From Chiloscyllium plagiosum (lineage: Eukaryota): 39,121 nucleotides of DNA. Made by a program: the position numbers and the translations under genes. The notes beneath the pieces were generated by a model. The model saw only the letters and a list, made by a program, of their open reading frames with translations. It had not been told where the DNA came from and searched no databases. The DNA lies in contig NC_057718.1 of NCBI RefSeq assembly GCF_004010195.1, positions 88,165,780 through 88,204,900 on the forward strand, in the 5' to 3' direction. Positions 23,659-36,169 of the stretch are shown here, piece after piece (the stretch's first letter is position 1; the number at the start of each line of letters is the position of its first letter).

Positions 23659-24270
23659 CCATAAGACCATAAGACATAGGAGTGGAAGTAAGGCCATTCG
23701 GCCCATCGAGTCCATTCCGCCATTCAATCATGGCTGATGCGCATTTCAGCTCCACTTACTAGCGTTCTCCCCGTAGCCCTTAATTCCTCGAGACAACAAG
23801 AATCTATCAATCTCGGCCTTGAAGACATTTAGCGTCCCGGCTTCCACTGCACTCCGTGGCAATGAATTCCACAGGCCCACCACTCTCTGGCTGAAGAAAT
23901 GTCTCCGCATTTCTGTTCTGAAATGACCCCCTCTAATTCTAAGGCTGTGTCCATGTGTCCTAGTCTCCTCGTTTAACTGAAACAATTTCCTAGCATCTAC
24001 CTTTTCCAAGCCGTGTATTATTTTGTATGTCTCTATTAAGTCTCCCCTTAATCTTCAAACTCCAACGAATACAATCCCAGTATCCTCAGCCGTTCCTCAT
24101 ATGTTAGACCTGTCATTCCAGGGATCATCCGTGTGAATCTCCGCTGGACACGTTCCAGTGCCAGTATGTCCTTCCTGAGGTGTGGGGACCAAAACTGGAC
24201 ACAGTACTCCAAATGGGGCCTAACCAGAGCTTTATAAAGTCTTAGTAGTACATCTCTGTTTTTATATTCT
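23659..24270 (-). mobile_element. Young 5'-truncated CR1-like LINE
   Basis: ORF end ...RTHGHSLRIRGGHFRTEMRRHFFSQRVVGLWNSLP...IKGYGENASKWS; (CCATAAGA)n tail; many CpGs retained. Confidence 0.92.
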
Positions 24271-24917
24271 CTCTCTGTCTCTCTTCCTCATTGCTGCCAT
24301 TTTTGTCACTACTCTCTCCCAGCTACTTTTTCCTTGAGTAGGTTTCTGATCCTGCAATTCACCAAGTTAAATTCTTCGCTAGTTTGCTACTGGCCTTATA
24401 ATTCCTCCAGCTGGTAGCTAAGAAGGTGCAGCTCCTCAATGCTCCTGGGTTGATTCCTGACCAATGCCAACAAGGAGCAGGATGCTTCTTGATCTGCTGT
24501 GCTTTTCCAGTGCCACACTTTTTGACTCTGATCTCCAGCATCTGCAGTCTTCACTTTCTCCCAATTCAAACAAGACCGCTTCCTGACTTACCAATCAGTG
24601 AGAAAGCTTTTCCCATCCTCCATGCCGAAGATGTTTAAATCACTGATGTCAAGATTATGCATGCAACCATGCAAATAAGAAAGTAATTGGCAAGGTCCTC
24701 ACAGTGTGATCCAAGACACTCATATTGCCAACCAGAAAACAGACTTGCCTTAGTTTTGTTGACTACACATTGTCAGATAAGTGACTTTTGTATCTACACT
24801 ATTAGTTCAATAAGGCAGATAGTTGTGGGTTCAGATCCCCCTCCAAAGATTTGAGCACAAGAATATAAACCGGCTCCAGCATTGTGCTGAAGGAATGCTC
24901 CTTTATTAGAGAAGCAA

Positions 24918-25797
24918 TTCAAAGTTTGTGAGAAGATTTGTAGCTCGGGTGCTCGTTGCTGTGGTTCGTGTCGTTTCGTGTTTTGTGCAGTCCTTGCATG
25001 GGATTTTGTACACTACATTAGTTTTTCTCATGCTGGGTATCGGGTCCTTCGTCCTGGTGAGTTGTTGTCTGAAAGTGGCTATTGGTTTGTGTTCTGTTAT
25101 AAGTCCTAGTGGTCGCAGTCGTCTGGCTGTCAGTTCAGAGATGTTCTTGATGTATGGTAGTGTGGCTAGTCCTTTGGGTTGCGGCATGTCCTCGTTCTGT
25201 TGTCTTTCCCTTAGGCGTCTGTTGATGAAATTGCGAGGATATCTGTTTTTGGCGAATACCTTGTATAGGTGTTCCTCTTCCTCTTTTTGCAGTTCTGGTG
25301 TGCTGCAGTGTGTTGTGGCCCTTTTGAATAGTGTCTTGATGCAACTTCGTTTGTGTGTATTGGGATGGTTGCTTTCATAGTTCAGGATTTGGTCTGTGTG
25401 TGTGGCTTTCCTGTGTACCTTAGTGGTGAATTCTCTGTACCCTCGCGTCTAGGAATGGGAGTTGGTTGTCCTTTTCTTCCTCTCTCGTGAATCGGATTCC
25501 TGTGTGTGGAGTTGATGATCCGGTGTGTTTTCTCTATTTCCGTGTTTTTAATGATTACAAAGTTTGGGTTGAATTTGTGGTAAGACTGTTTGTTCTAACC
25601 TTTGCATTACTGCTTCTGCTATGAATCCTGAGATCGGTGAGCCCATGGGTGTTCCGTTGATTTGTTCGTATATCTGGTTGTTGAATGTGAAGTGTGTTGT
25701 GAGGCACAAGTCCAGTAGTTTAAGTATGCCGTCTTTGTTGATGGGTTCAACGTCCTGTTGTCTGTTATGTCTGTTCAGCAGGTTGGCTATTGTTTCT
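24918..25797 (-). mobile_element. Penelope (Poseidon-type) element fragment: RT C-terminal half, start of GIY-YIG, terminal-repeat end
   Basis: Minus strand QIYEQINGTPMGSPISGFIAEAVMQRLE...LPYIKNISELTARRLRPLG...KTNVVYKIPCKDC; end shared with 3863-3913. Confidence 0.9.
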
Positions 25798-26435
25798 CAA
25801 TCATAATAATCATTTTATTATTCTATGCTATGTCTACTATGGATTTAAACCACTGCTAGAACAAAAGTATCTGATTTTTGGGGAGGTCAAAATTGGGCAA
25901 GATGATGCGTGAACAAGAAATAACTGAGACCGAATAATCAGGTTTGGCAAAGAAATGGAAGATGTTTGAAGTTGTAATATTAGAATGGGAGATTATTCAT
26001 TTATCATAACGGGGATCATCTATGTATAATCACCCTTTTAATTCTAACATGCATTTTTTAAAAAGAGCTGATGTAACCATCGATGGAGATTTAGTGGCAG
26101 TCTGGAGAAAAATTCTGGAAAGTTAGTAGAGTCAGGGAAATGTCAAAGGGACTGACTGACATGGAAGTGATAATGAGAGGCTGACTACCAAACCCCTCGA
26201 TAGGAGGCTATACCTTTGTAGTTATATATAAAAATGATATAAAAAGTAAGCTTTAATCCTGATACATATGTCAATGGTCCAATATGCAAGTGTATGTTGA
26301 CTGGTATGCTCTGAAGAACAGCTTTGTGAACAGTTTATAAGTGACTCTGTACAGGACGTAGTCATCAGTGGCAAGGTCACCACTTATTGTTCTTGACAAG
26401 ATGGTGATGAGTAGCTGCCTTGAACTGCTACAATC

Positions 26436-27036
26436 TGTTATGGACTAGGCCAGACCACTCAAAACATTCTTAAGCTGGCAGCCCCAGACTATAACTTTGC
26501 AATTTGTTTTGGTAAGTGTACAGTGAAAATTACCTGGAGTAAGATAGCTAGGTTGACGACTAGATTTTAAAAACAGACAAAAGTTTATGCACAAAATTAC
26601 GCAATGAAACATAAAGAACCCCTACAGAACTCACCCTATCTAACTAGACTTAATTATGCTGTGCTGAATATATAATAGTCCCAATAAGCAAACTCCCTTT
26701 TTAAAAGAAAACAGTATAAATGGAACATATGCTTACAGATTGAAGTTGAAGGGCAGAAAAGAGTGAGTTTCCACACTGCTCTCTTTTGAACTTGCCAGTT
26801 CAAGACCGAACTAAAACTGCTCAGCTCAGCTAGAGAGCTGGCCACTCCCCCCTCTTTATAAAGGTCAACTCATCTGCTGACAAAAGGCCTCTCAAAATCC
26901 TTTTCATCTCTGTACCAAGCCAGACTGATTGGAGCTTGGCCTGGTTTATTGCCCCTCTGAAAAAAATCAAGGATAGAGTCTCCTTGAGCTAAGGAACAGC
27001 TTTTTTTTTAAAAAAAGAGGGACTAGCTTTGTGACA
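26436..27036 (-). mobile_element. Solo LTR-like element (~600 bp)
   Basis: TGTTA...TGACA termini; 4-bp flanks AATC/GATC; interrupts a LINE 3' fragment. Orientation is tentative. Confidence 0.55.
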
Positions 27037-27039
27037 GAT

Positions 27040-27800
27040 CTTTGTCATGCCATGTCAGACCACTCTTGCAGTGTTATTAAGGAGGGAGTTCCGGGACTTT
27101 GACCTAGCAACAGTGAAGGAACAACTATATAGTTCAAGTCAAACAGCAGTGTTCCCATACATCTGCCTTTATTCTTCTAGGTAGTAGAAAGTTTTGAGTA
27201 TGGAATATCCTGCAGAAGGAGTTTTGTTTTGCTGCCGTACACCTTGGTAAATTGTACATCTTACAGCTGAAGTGTACTGATAGTGGATAGACTGCCAAAC
27301 AAGTGGACTGCTTCATCCAATATAACTTTGAGCTTCTTGAGTATTATTTGAACTGCACTTATGGAGGAAGATAGAGAGCATTTAGTCATACTCCTGACAT
27401 GCCTTGTAAACTATGGGCATGCCTTTGGGAGTTAGATAAGTTGTTAATTACAGAATTCCCAACGTCTGATCTCTTTTAACCTTTTTCTATTCATGGGATA
27501 TGGGTTTCACTCGGTGCACCACCATTTGTAACAATGCCTTGTTGTCCATGGGAAGATGGTAGTGAGCTACTGTCTTGAACTGCTACAATCAACTTTGTGT
27601 ATGTAGACCCACGATATTGTTGGGAATGATGTTCCAGAATTTTGACACTCCAACTATAAGATAATACCAATACATGTTTAAGTCAGGATAGTAAGCGTCT
27701 TGGAGGGGAGCATGAAATTGGTGGTGTTTCTATGTGTCTTACCCGCATCCTTCTAGATGGTAATGTCTTCGGGTTTGAAATGTGCTGTCTAAGGCACTTT
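27040..27800 (-). mobile_element. Decayed LINE 3' fragments (CR1/L2 group), same family as 775-950 and 38375-38965
   Basis: Shared gagctactgtcttgaactgc...gaattttgac...gtggtgtttc...gggtttgaaa motifs. Confidence 0.6.
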
Positions 27801-27809
27801 GTTGATTTT

Positions 27810-28037
27810 CCCCAACAAAAAGAGATGTTGCTGAAAAAGCTGAGCAGGTCTGGCAGCATCTGCGAAGAGAAATCACAGTTAGCATTTTAGGTTAGGTCCA
27901 GAACAGTTCTGAGGAAGGGTCACCAAACCCGAAACATTAACTCTGATTTCTCTTCACAGATGTTGCCAGACCTGCTGAGTTTTACCAGCAACTTCTAAAT
28001 TTGCCCCTGATTTACAGCATCTGCAGTTGTTTTAGTT
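27810..28037. mobile_element. Fold-back Penelope-like insertion
   Basis: Inverted arms around ~27890-27930; TSD TTTGTTGATTTT at 27798-27809 and 28038-28049. Confidence 0.8.
27905..27942 (+). ncRNA. Minimal hammerhead motif, another family (stem III decayed)
   Basis: AGTT-CTGAGGA-A-GGGT caccaa ACCC-GAAA-CATT-AACT; stem I AGTT/AACT. Confidence 0.65.
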
Positions 28038-31000
28038 TTTGTTGATTTTATGCTGTGAATGTTTTTAAATGGTTAAAAATGCAGAAAGAGGATATCCAAG
28101 ATGGTGGTGATCTAAGAAGATCGCACTGCAGACCTCCGCAACGCAGCACAAGTGGGACGAACCTTCAACCTGTCCAACCCGAACCATCGTGATATCTTGG
28201 GACTCCGGAAAGATCTGGAGTCCCAAGAAACTTCTAAAAGTTATCTTACCTGCGTTTCCAGCCATCCAGAGATGCTGATAAAGGGAGGAGTGTCCAAGGC
28301 TGGCCTGTGGCCCAGCCTGCAGGATCCTCTGAGTCGATTACTTTCCAGGCCCTGGTGAACGAGCTTGTGAAATCTCAAGCGATGCTGGGGAAACAGATTA
28401 AAGAGAAGCTGGCTCCAATCTCTCTCATGCTGCAGAAGCATGAGCAGCAGCTGGGAGACCTGAAGAAGAGGACAGATGAGGTGAAGCACAGGGTCATAGT
28501 GGTGGAAGCTGATGCCAGTTCATCCAAAGATAGAATCCAAGCCCTAGAGACGCAGGTTCGTAATTTGCGCAACCAAGTGGATGATCTTGAGAATAGGGGC
28601 AGGAGAAAAAAAATTCAGATCATTGGTCTGCCTGAGGGTAAGGAAGATGAGCGGCCTGTGGAATTTATTGAGGATTAGCTGCTGAAATTCCTTGACTTGG
28701 AGGCTGGCATGAGAGGATTGAAGATAGAGGGGGCTCATCGGGTCACAGCGTGGAGATTGGGTCTGGGTCATCGTCCTCTTCTAGTGCGGTTCCATCATTA
28801 CTGGGATAAGGAGAGTGTCATGGAAGCTTCCAGAATCCAGGGGGCTCTATGATCATGTTCTTTCAGGACCTTTCAGCGGCAGTGATCCAGAAACGAAAAT
28901 CTTGCGTTGGTGTCAAGAGAAAACTGAGGGAGCTTGGGATTCAGTACTCCGAGGTATCTGGCGATGCTTCAGATCACCTTAGATGGATCCATACGTCTGA
29001 GAAGACAAGAGACTTTGTGGACAAATTAACCTAATTTGAACAATTTTAGTATGTATAAATGTTGTTTGGGTATGTCTTTATCGTTTTGTAAAAGGAACGG
29101 AGCAAGTCTGGTTGTAGCTTTAATTTTCTATTTTTTTTCTATTGATAGGAAAAAAATATTGATAGTTTAAACCAAATTATGTTTGGCGGTGGTTGAGATG
29201 TACATTTTCACTTTCTAAGTTAGGATGTACCAAAGGATGGGTGGGGTATTCCTTTTTTTAAAAAAATGTTTTATTCATATTGGTATTCTATGGTGTGTTT
29301 ACTTTTTTTTCTTCTGCTTGTGTTTATGGTGTGGCTCTAGCTGGGAGAAGTGAAGGTGGCTGGGATGTTTAAATGCCTACTTTTGGGTAGTTTGGGATAG
29401 GTAGTTGCCGCCTCTGGGCAGAGGGTGAGTTCCCCCACTCAGCACTGTTAGCACTTTTTATGTTGATAGGTATTTTTTGTTTTTGTTTTTAATTTTTAAT
29501 AGTTTTGTAGGTTTGTTAAATCTAGTGATTTTAGTTTTTGTAGCTTTTATACTTGGTGGATCATGTGGCACTAAGGCTCAGCGATTTGTGGTTCGGGTTC
29601 CTCCTTTCTGGAATCTAAATGTTATTGCAGAAGGTTATGGCTAATGACTTGATTAAATGGTGTACCTGGAATATCAAGGGAAATCACTCTCCAATTTAAC
29701 GGAAGAAGGTAATCTTGAGCCTTAGAAAGGAAAAGGTGGATATTGCCTTGTTACAAGAGACCACTTAGATGACAAGGAGCATCTGAAATTACAGCAGAAT
29801 GGTTTTAACCAAGTTTATTTTTCATCATTTAATACCAGAAGTAGGGGAGTGGCTATATTGGTTAGGAAGAATCTCCCATTTAAGTTGTTAATGTGTTAAA
29901 AACACATACGGGAGGTTTGTAATTCTTAAAGCCTTGATAAATGGGGAAGAATATGGTGTTTTAAATACTTATTGACCTCCAGCTCATTCCCTTAAATTTT
30001 TGGTAGATGCTTTTTCTAAACTGGTAAGTCTCAAGTCCCGGCACATCATTATGGGGGAGATTTTAACTGTCTCATGTATCCCACAGTAGACAGGTTGCCC
30101 AATGGTCCCTCGGTACAAACTAAGCAGTTAGTGGATATGTGTGGGGAGTCAGGGTTGGTGGACGTCTGGAGGCATCTCCACCCTACAGGCAGGGATTTTA
30201 CGTTTTTCTCCGATCCGCACAGATGTCACACTAGGTTTATTTTGGACCCCTGCGGTAATCTTGGATTTGGTGGCATGTTGTACGATTGGTAATATTACCA
30301 TCTTTGATCATGCTCCAGTGTACGTTATGATTAAGGACGTTTACAATGGGTTCAAGGCACTGCCGAATGTATCCCTTTATCCTTGAGGATAATAAGTTTG
30401 TGGAATATTTCTCTCAGGAATTTTGGGCATTCCTAGACATCAACTTTAGGCTCGGTTTGTAGTTCATCTGTCCTCTGGGAAACTGCCAAAGCCTATGCTA
30501 GGGGGTTAGTTATTTCTTACTCTGCCAGTAGGAAGTGGCAGAAGGGGGAGAAGCATGGTTGAAGGCAGCCGAGAAGGCTTACTTTGACTAGACCCTCGTT
30601 GGTCAAACTATAGAGGATTACAGCGCTGCGGTCTGCTTTGAATTCTGTGCTCATGCAGATGGCAAAGAAGAAGCTGGCTTTTGCAAAGCAAAGATTATAT
30701 GATCACGGTGACAAGCCAGGCAAATACTTAGTGTATCTCGCCAGGAAAAGGAGTGCCCACAAGTCATTACAGCAATTAGAGAAGGGTCTGGGAGCCTAAC
30801 ATGTGATTCTAAAAAGATTAATATGGCGTTAGAGATTTTACTCTAAGTTATAACAATCCGACGATTGTGAGGAGGCACAGGCCAAAATTGAATCTTTCTT
30901 TAAGGATCTGAAGCTCCCAGGCGTGACTCCTGAACAAGAGTCCTTTCTGAATATCCCCTTATCAGAGCAAGAAGTGCAGGAAGCTGTGAGGCAACTTCAG

Positions 31001-32197
31001 CATGGAAAGGTGCCCGGTCCTGACGGACTTCACAGTGAATTCTATAAGGAATTTATAAGTATACTGTTAGGCCCGATGCTCCATATTCAATGGTTCATAC
31101 AGTCATGATTGTCTCCCACCATTTATGAGGGGCCAATATTTCACTTATCCTTAAAAAAAGGAGGACCCGGACGACTGTGCTTCGTACAGACCCATCTCAC
31201 TCTTAAATGTGGACTTTAAAAGCTTCTCTAAGGCTCTCATTAAGGTTGGAGACTGTGTTATCTTCTGTTATTAAAGAGGATCAGACTGGCTTCATAACGG
31301 GTTGCAGATCCTCCAATAATGTTAGGAGGCCGCTTTATGTAATTCAAGCATGTCAACAATATCAATACAGGAATTGGTGATTTCTCCAAATGCAGAGAAG
31401 GCATTTGACCAAGTTGAGTGGGCATACCTTTTCTATACTCTGGAGAGATTTGGTTTGGACGAAGTCTTTATAAGATGGGTTCTGTATGGTGGCTCTCTTG
31501 TGACGGTCGTCACCAACTGGGTACGATCAAGCAATTTTATTATTTTTAGGAGCAGCCGGCAGGGCTGTCTCCTTTCACCAATGCTTTTTAGGTTGGTGAT
31601 TGGATCTTTGGCGGAGGCCATTCGTGGAGATCCCAATATATCAGCTCCAGACGTGGGGTCCAAGTTACATAAGATTTTGTTGTATGCAGACGATGTCCTA
31701 GCTTTTTTTTGACAAATCCAGCAGTTTCAGTACCTTGCGCAATGCAATGCATTTGCGCGTTTGGTGCTTTTTCAGGGTACAAGATTAATTTTGTGAAATC
31801 AGGCTATGCCTATGGGTGGTCTTACGAAGGAGCTTGGTCTTGAAGGCGACTATAGATTCCCATTTAGGTGGTCATGGGGGTTTTGTGTATTTGGGCATAT
31901 TCATTACTCCAGTTCTGGATTGACTGTTGAAAGCCAATTTTATCCAATTATTTGATAAAATTAAACGAGACCTTCAAAGATGGGAGGCACTTCCCGTCTT
32001 GTAGTCGGATCGGATAGCGCTTATTAAAATGAATATTCTTCTCCGTTTGCTATACTCTATACGGATGCTCCCCCTGATTTTCAATAAGCAAACATTCAGG
32101 AGGCTGAACAGCTGGTTCAGTTCCTTTATTTGGCATTGTATGCCGCCCCTCATTAAATTAGCTAAACTGCAACTGCCCCACAGAACGGACATTAAAA

Positions 32198-32391
32198 ATT
32201 GAAAAATATGGTGCTGGAAAAACACCGCAGGCCAGGCAGCATCCGAGGAGCTGGAGAATTGACGAAGAAGGGCTTATGCTCCAAACGTCGATTCTCCTGC
32301 TCCTCGGGTGCTGCCTGGCCTGCTGTGTTTTTCCAGCACCACATTTTTCAACTCTGGTCTCCAGCATCTGCAGTCCTCACTTTCTCCTAGT
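32198..32391. mobile_element. Fold-back Penelope-like insertion inside L1 ORF2
   Basis: TSD GGACATTAAAA at 32187-32197 and 32392-32402; arms meet in a truncated hammerhead at ~32260-32290. Confidence 0.85.
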
Positions 32392-33940
32392 GGACATTAA
32401 AAGTTACCAACTAAGCTCGCTTTTGTCCTACGTGAGTGATTGGGCTTGTGGGGATCCTCTTTCTATATGGCTAGCTATCGAAGCCTCTCAGGCAAGATGC
32501 CCCCTTACCAGTTTGCTGTTTTTGGATAAAATGAGGACAGTTAGACAATATTGCCATAACCCATTTAGTCATCAATACTGTTAAAGCATGGAAGGCCATT
32601 TGGCAGAGGGAAGGCAGTATTGGCAAAACATCTTAGTTTACATCTTTTGTGTTTATGCTGGGTTTTCAACTGGGGATGATAGATTCAGGGTTTAAACGTT
32701 TGACAGCTTAGGGTGTGTCTTGCATGGGTGATTTTATTTGAGGGAAACTTAATGATGTCCTTCGATCAGTTAGTACGGAAGTACGAGTTATTTAATAGAG
32801 ACGTCTTTTTTTCCAAGTTAGGGATTTTATTTAAAAAAAACCACACTTTTGACTGATCCGTACAAATCTGACATGGGGGGGGCGCTCTAAGTGGTAAGAG
32901 TACACTTTCTGTCAGTACTTTATATCATCATTTGGGGGTGCCCACTTGATTGACTCTGCAGAGTGTGGGAGAGAGAGCTGGGTGTTGAAGTTTCCTCAGA
33001 GGCATGGGAGGATATTTGGGAGAATGCAAGGAAGATATCAATTTGCAATAGACCCCATATTTTACAGTTGAAGATTCTCCATAGGATCCACTTGGCTCCG
33101 GACCATTTGTCAAAATTTAAACCACTGGTATCTTCAACATGTCCCAAGTGCAAGGTCTGTACAAGTGCTCTTGCCCATTGTCTCTGGTCTTGTGTTAGGC
33201 TTTAACATATTGGAATGCTGTGGCGAGTGCAATGGAGAGGATTTTGGATGTAAGGGTGGAGAAGGACTCCATCTCTCTACTTCTGGGCCTGCCCATTGTA
33301 TTCCCTGTAGAAGTGCATAAGAAAAGACTTCTCAATATTCTCATGTTCCGTACAAGAAAGAATATCTTGCTAAGTTGGATATCCGAAAACCTCCTGAGCC
33401 TGTCAAGTTTGCAGAAGATTGTTATGGAACATATTCCCTTGGATTTTCTCACAAATATGGTACACCACAAAACTGAGAATTCTTATGGCATACCTGGGCA
33501 CAAATTTATCTGCCATGCTAACAAGGGTGTTTATATAACTGTAACGATTGTGTTTTACGAGTCCAATATTCAGGGAGGAGGAACTGGGAATGTATGAGCG
33601 TTTTGTTTGGCTGGGCTGAGTTTTTTACTATTTATTAGTTTATTGGTTATTTATTTATTTAGTTAAAATAGCTATACTTTTTATCTGTACTTTTCTATAT
33701 ATGCTTATACATTTGTACATGATGGTGGGTTGGGTTTTTTAACTTGATTTTTTGTATTGTTTTGAATTGTATTGTTTTGCTAGTTTGTTTGTACTCTTTG
33801 CTACCTTCCCCCACCCTTCTCGCTGACCTATCACCTTCATGCCCACCCCCCACTCACCTATTGTCGTCTATGCTACTTTCTCCCCACCCCTACCCTCCTC
33901 TCATTTATCTCTCCACCCTTCAGGCACTCTGCCTGTATTT

Positions 33941-33968
33941 CTGATGAAGGGCATTTGCCCGAAACATC
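33941..33968 (+). ncRNA. Minimal hammerhead motif (ACGT to ACAT) in a terminal-repeat fragment (~33790-34030) nested in the L1 3' UTR
   Basis: CTGATGA-A-GGGC attt GCCC-GAAA-CATC. Confidence 0.65.
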
Positions 33969-34158
33969 GATTTTACTGCCCCTCAGATGCTGCCTCAACT
34001 GCTGTGCTTTTCCAGCACTACTAATCCAGATTGTATTGTTTTGTACTTGTAATATTAAAAAATCTATTTTTCCAAGAAAAGTATATTTTAAAAAGCAGAA
34101 ATGATCAAATGTAGACTAAATGAAAGAGTAAAAGTTCTACACAAAAAAGAAAAAGGAG

Positions 34159-34482
34159 TTTAGATTAGATTAGATTAGATTATTTACAGTGTGGAAACAG
34201 GCCCTTCGGCCCAACAAGTCCACACCGATGCGCAACCCACCCATTCCCCTACATTCACCCCTTTACCCCTTTACCTAACACTACGGGCAATTTAGCATGG
34301 CCAATTCACCTGACCTGCACATCTTTGGACTGTGGGAGGAAACCGGAGCACCCGGAGGAAACTCACGCAGACACGAGGAGAATGTGCAAACTCCACACAG
34401 TCAGTCGCCTGAGTCGGGAATTGAATCCGGGTCTCTGGCGCTGTGAGGCAGCAGTGCCAACCACTGAGCCACCATGCCGCCC
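34159..34482 (-). mobile_element. HE1-like SINE with (TAGAT)n tail
   Basis: Reverse complement begins GGGCGGCATGGTGGGCTCAGTGG; B-box-like region; pentamer tail at ~34161-34181. Confidence 0.9.
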
Positions 34483-34955
34483 ACAGTTTGTTTATTCAGA
34501 GCTGTTCACAACCACAAGATATTTGAAAGCCTAATTTACAAACATTAAAATTTTTTGAAATGTGATAATGTGGGCAATTCAATAGTTAATTTATGCACAG
34601 CACGGTCCCACACAATGTGATCATGGTCAGATTTTGTTTTTTTGATGTTGATTGTGAGATTAATATTTATTAGGACACCACCGATAACTCCTCTGTTCCT
34701 CTTCAGAAAGTAATTGTTCACATGGCGCATGATCTTGAGAGATTAAATGGGGCCTTGATGCCATATTTCATTCTAATAGATCCTCTGTAATGTAGCACTC
34801 CTTCATATTGCCTGAGGATTAATCAGGCTTAATTATATTCTGACGCCTAGCATGGAATTCAGTTGTTTTAACTCTTATGTTCAAAGTTCTGTAAATATTC
34901 AAATTAATTATTTGGCGAATGTTATAATGTATTAAAATCTTTTTTTTAAAATTAG

Positions 34956-35009
34956 GTTGGCCTACATGTTGTTCATATATGTTTACCAGAAGAAACTGCG
35001 ACAGGGGAG
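34956..35009 (+). CDS. MTHFD1L: MTHFD1L coding exon 4 (54 bp)
   Basis: attag| acceptor, GAG|GTAACT donor; VGLHVVHICLPEETATGE corresponds to AGLNITHICLPPDSSEAE. Confidence 0.92.
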
Positions 35010-36169
35010 GTAACTGAATTTTCTCATCCTTATTTTTATAAGTTAACTTCTTAGACTGCTTCAAACGCCTGAAAATTGGGTGTAATATGGATGAACAGTT
35101 CACCATTGCTTAGTAATAAAGAGCAAAATTACTTCTATTCTTAATCAGGGCTTGTGCAGGTTACATAAAATTTCATAACTTGGTTCCATGTCTTACAATG
35201 TATGTATCCTAACAGATTTTTGCTGGTGTTTATGCTCTTTACTATCCTCCTGCCACATTATCCTACATTGCTTTCCCCATATAAACATTCACCTTCATCT
35301 TAAATACAGTTGTGTTCTTCACATTAACCAGTTTTGTAATAGTAAATTTTACTCACTCAGCACTCTGGATGAAGAATGTTCTCTTAGTTTTGGACACTCC
35401 TGCAAAAGACAATATCTCTTCATTTACCTGATCATAACTTTAAAGACCTCAGGTAACCCCTCAGAACTCTCCGCTCCGGAAGAAAGAGTCAAAGGATTTC
35501 TTCTTGATTCTGGTATCATCCTTGTGGCTTTGGAGACCAGAACTGGCACACGTGTGGTCAGAACAAGGTTCCATATGGAGTTAACATAAACTTTTCAATT
35601 CAATCCCTCTAAAATTGTAGAAAAGCTGTTTTATAAACTTGATCTTAAATTGAAGCTTCCCACTACAAATTGTGACCTGGCAGCCTTCCACCCTCCATAA
35701 ACCTGAGCTTGCACCAAGTCCAGTTCACTAATTGCCTCTGAGTTTACTGTTAAACGTTAACACAGTGAGGCAGCAACTTGATTTAAAGGTTCTAAGCCTT
35801 GTGTTCAAATGTCTGCTCCATAACTTCATCCCTCCATGTCTCTAGACCCTGATTTAGCCCCATAATTCACAAACTGTTCCTTCATTTTTGGTCACACTGT
35901 TTCCTTTACCCTACCATTGGTGGCTGAACCTTTAGTTGGCGTGGCTGTAAGTTACACAGTTTCATCCCAACACCTCTGTGTCTCTTTAGTTCCTCTTATG
36001 CTTTCCTTGAAACCAGTGTGCTTGACTCAGCATTTGGTTATCTGTCTTAATTTCTGTCTATCCAGCTTGATGGCAAATTCTGCTTGGTTATGTAATTATG
36101 AAATACTTTGATGCTCAAGTCCACATTATAAGTAGAAGTTGAGTAATTGTATTTTCCTTGATGGTACAG

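Larger units (their letters stand above)
28088..34087 (+). mobile_element. Full-length but disabled L1-clade LINE (~6 kb) in MTHFD1L intron 3
   Basis: 5' CCAAGATGG motif; ORF1 remnant ~28272-29034 (coiled coil, LENRGRRKKIQIIGLPEGKE); ORF2 remnant from 29637 (MANDLIKWCTWNIKG endonuclease, LLYADDVL RT, CPKC..HCLWSC knuckle) with many stops and frameshifts; TSD-like TTAAAAA(T)GCAGAAA at 28073-28087 and 34088-34101. Confidence 0.92.

Noticed and set aside
35188..35589. 133-aa ORF in intron 4
   Set aside because: No recognisable homology or coding-like composition; likely chance or decayed repeat.
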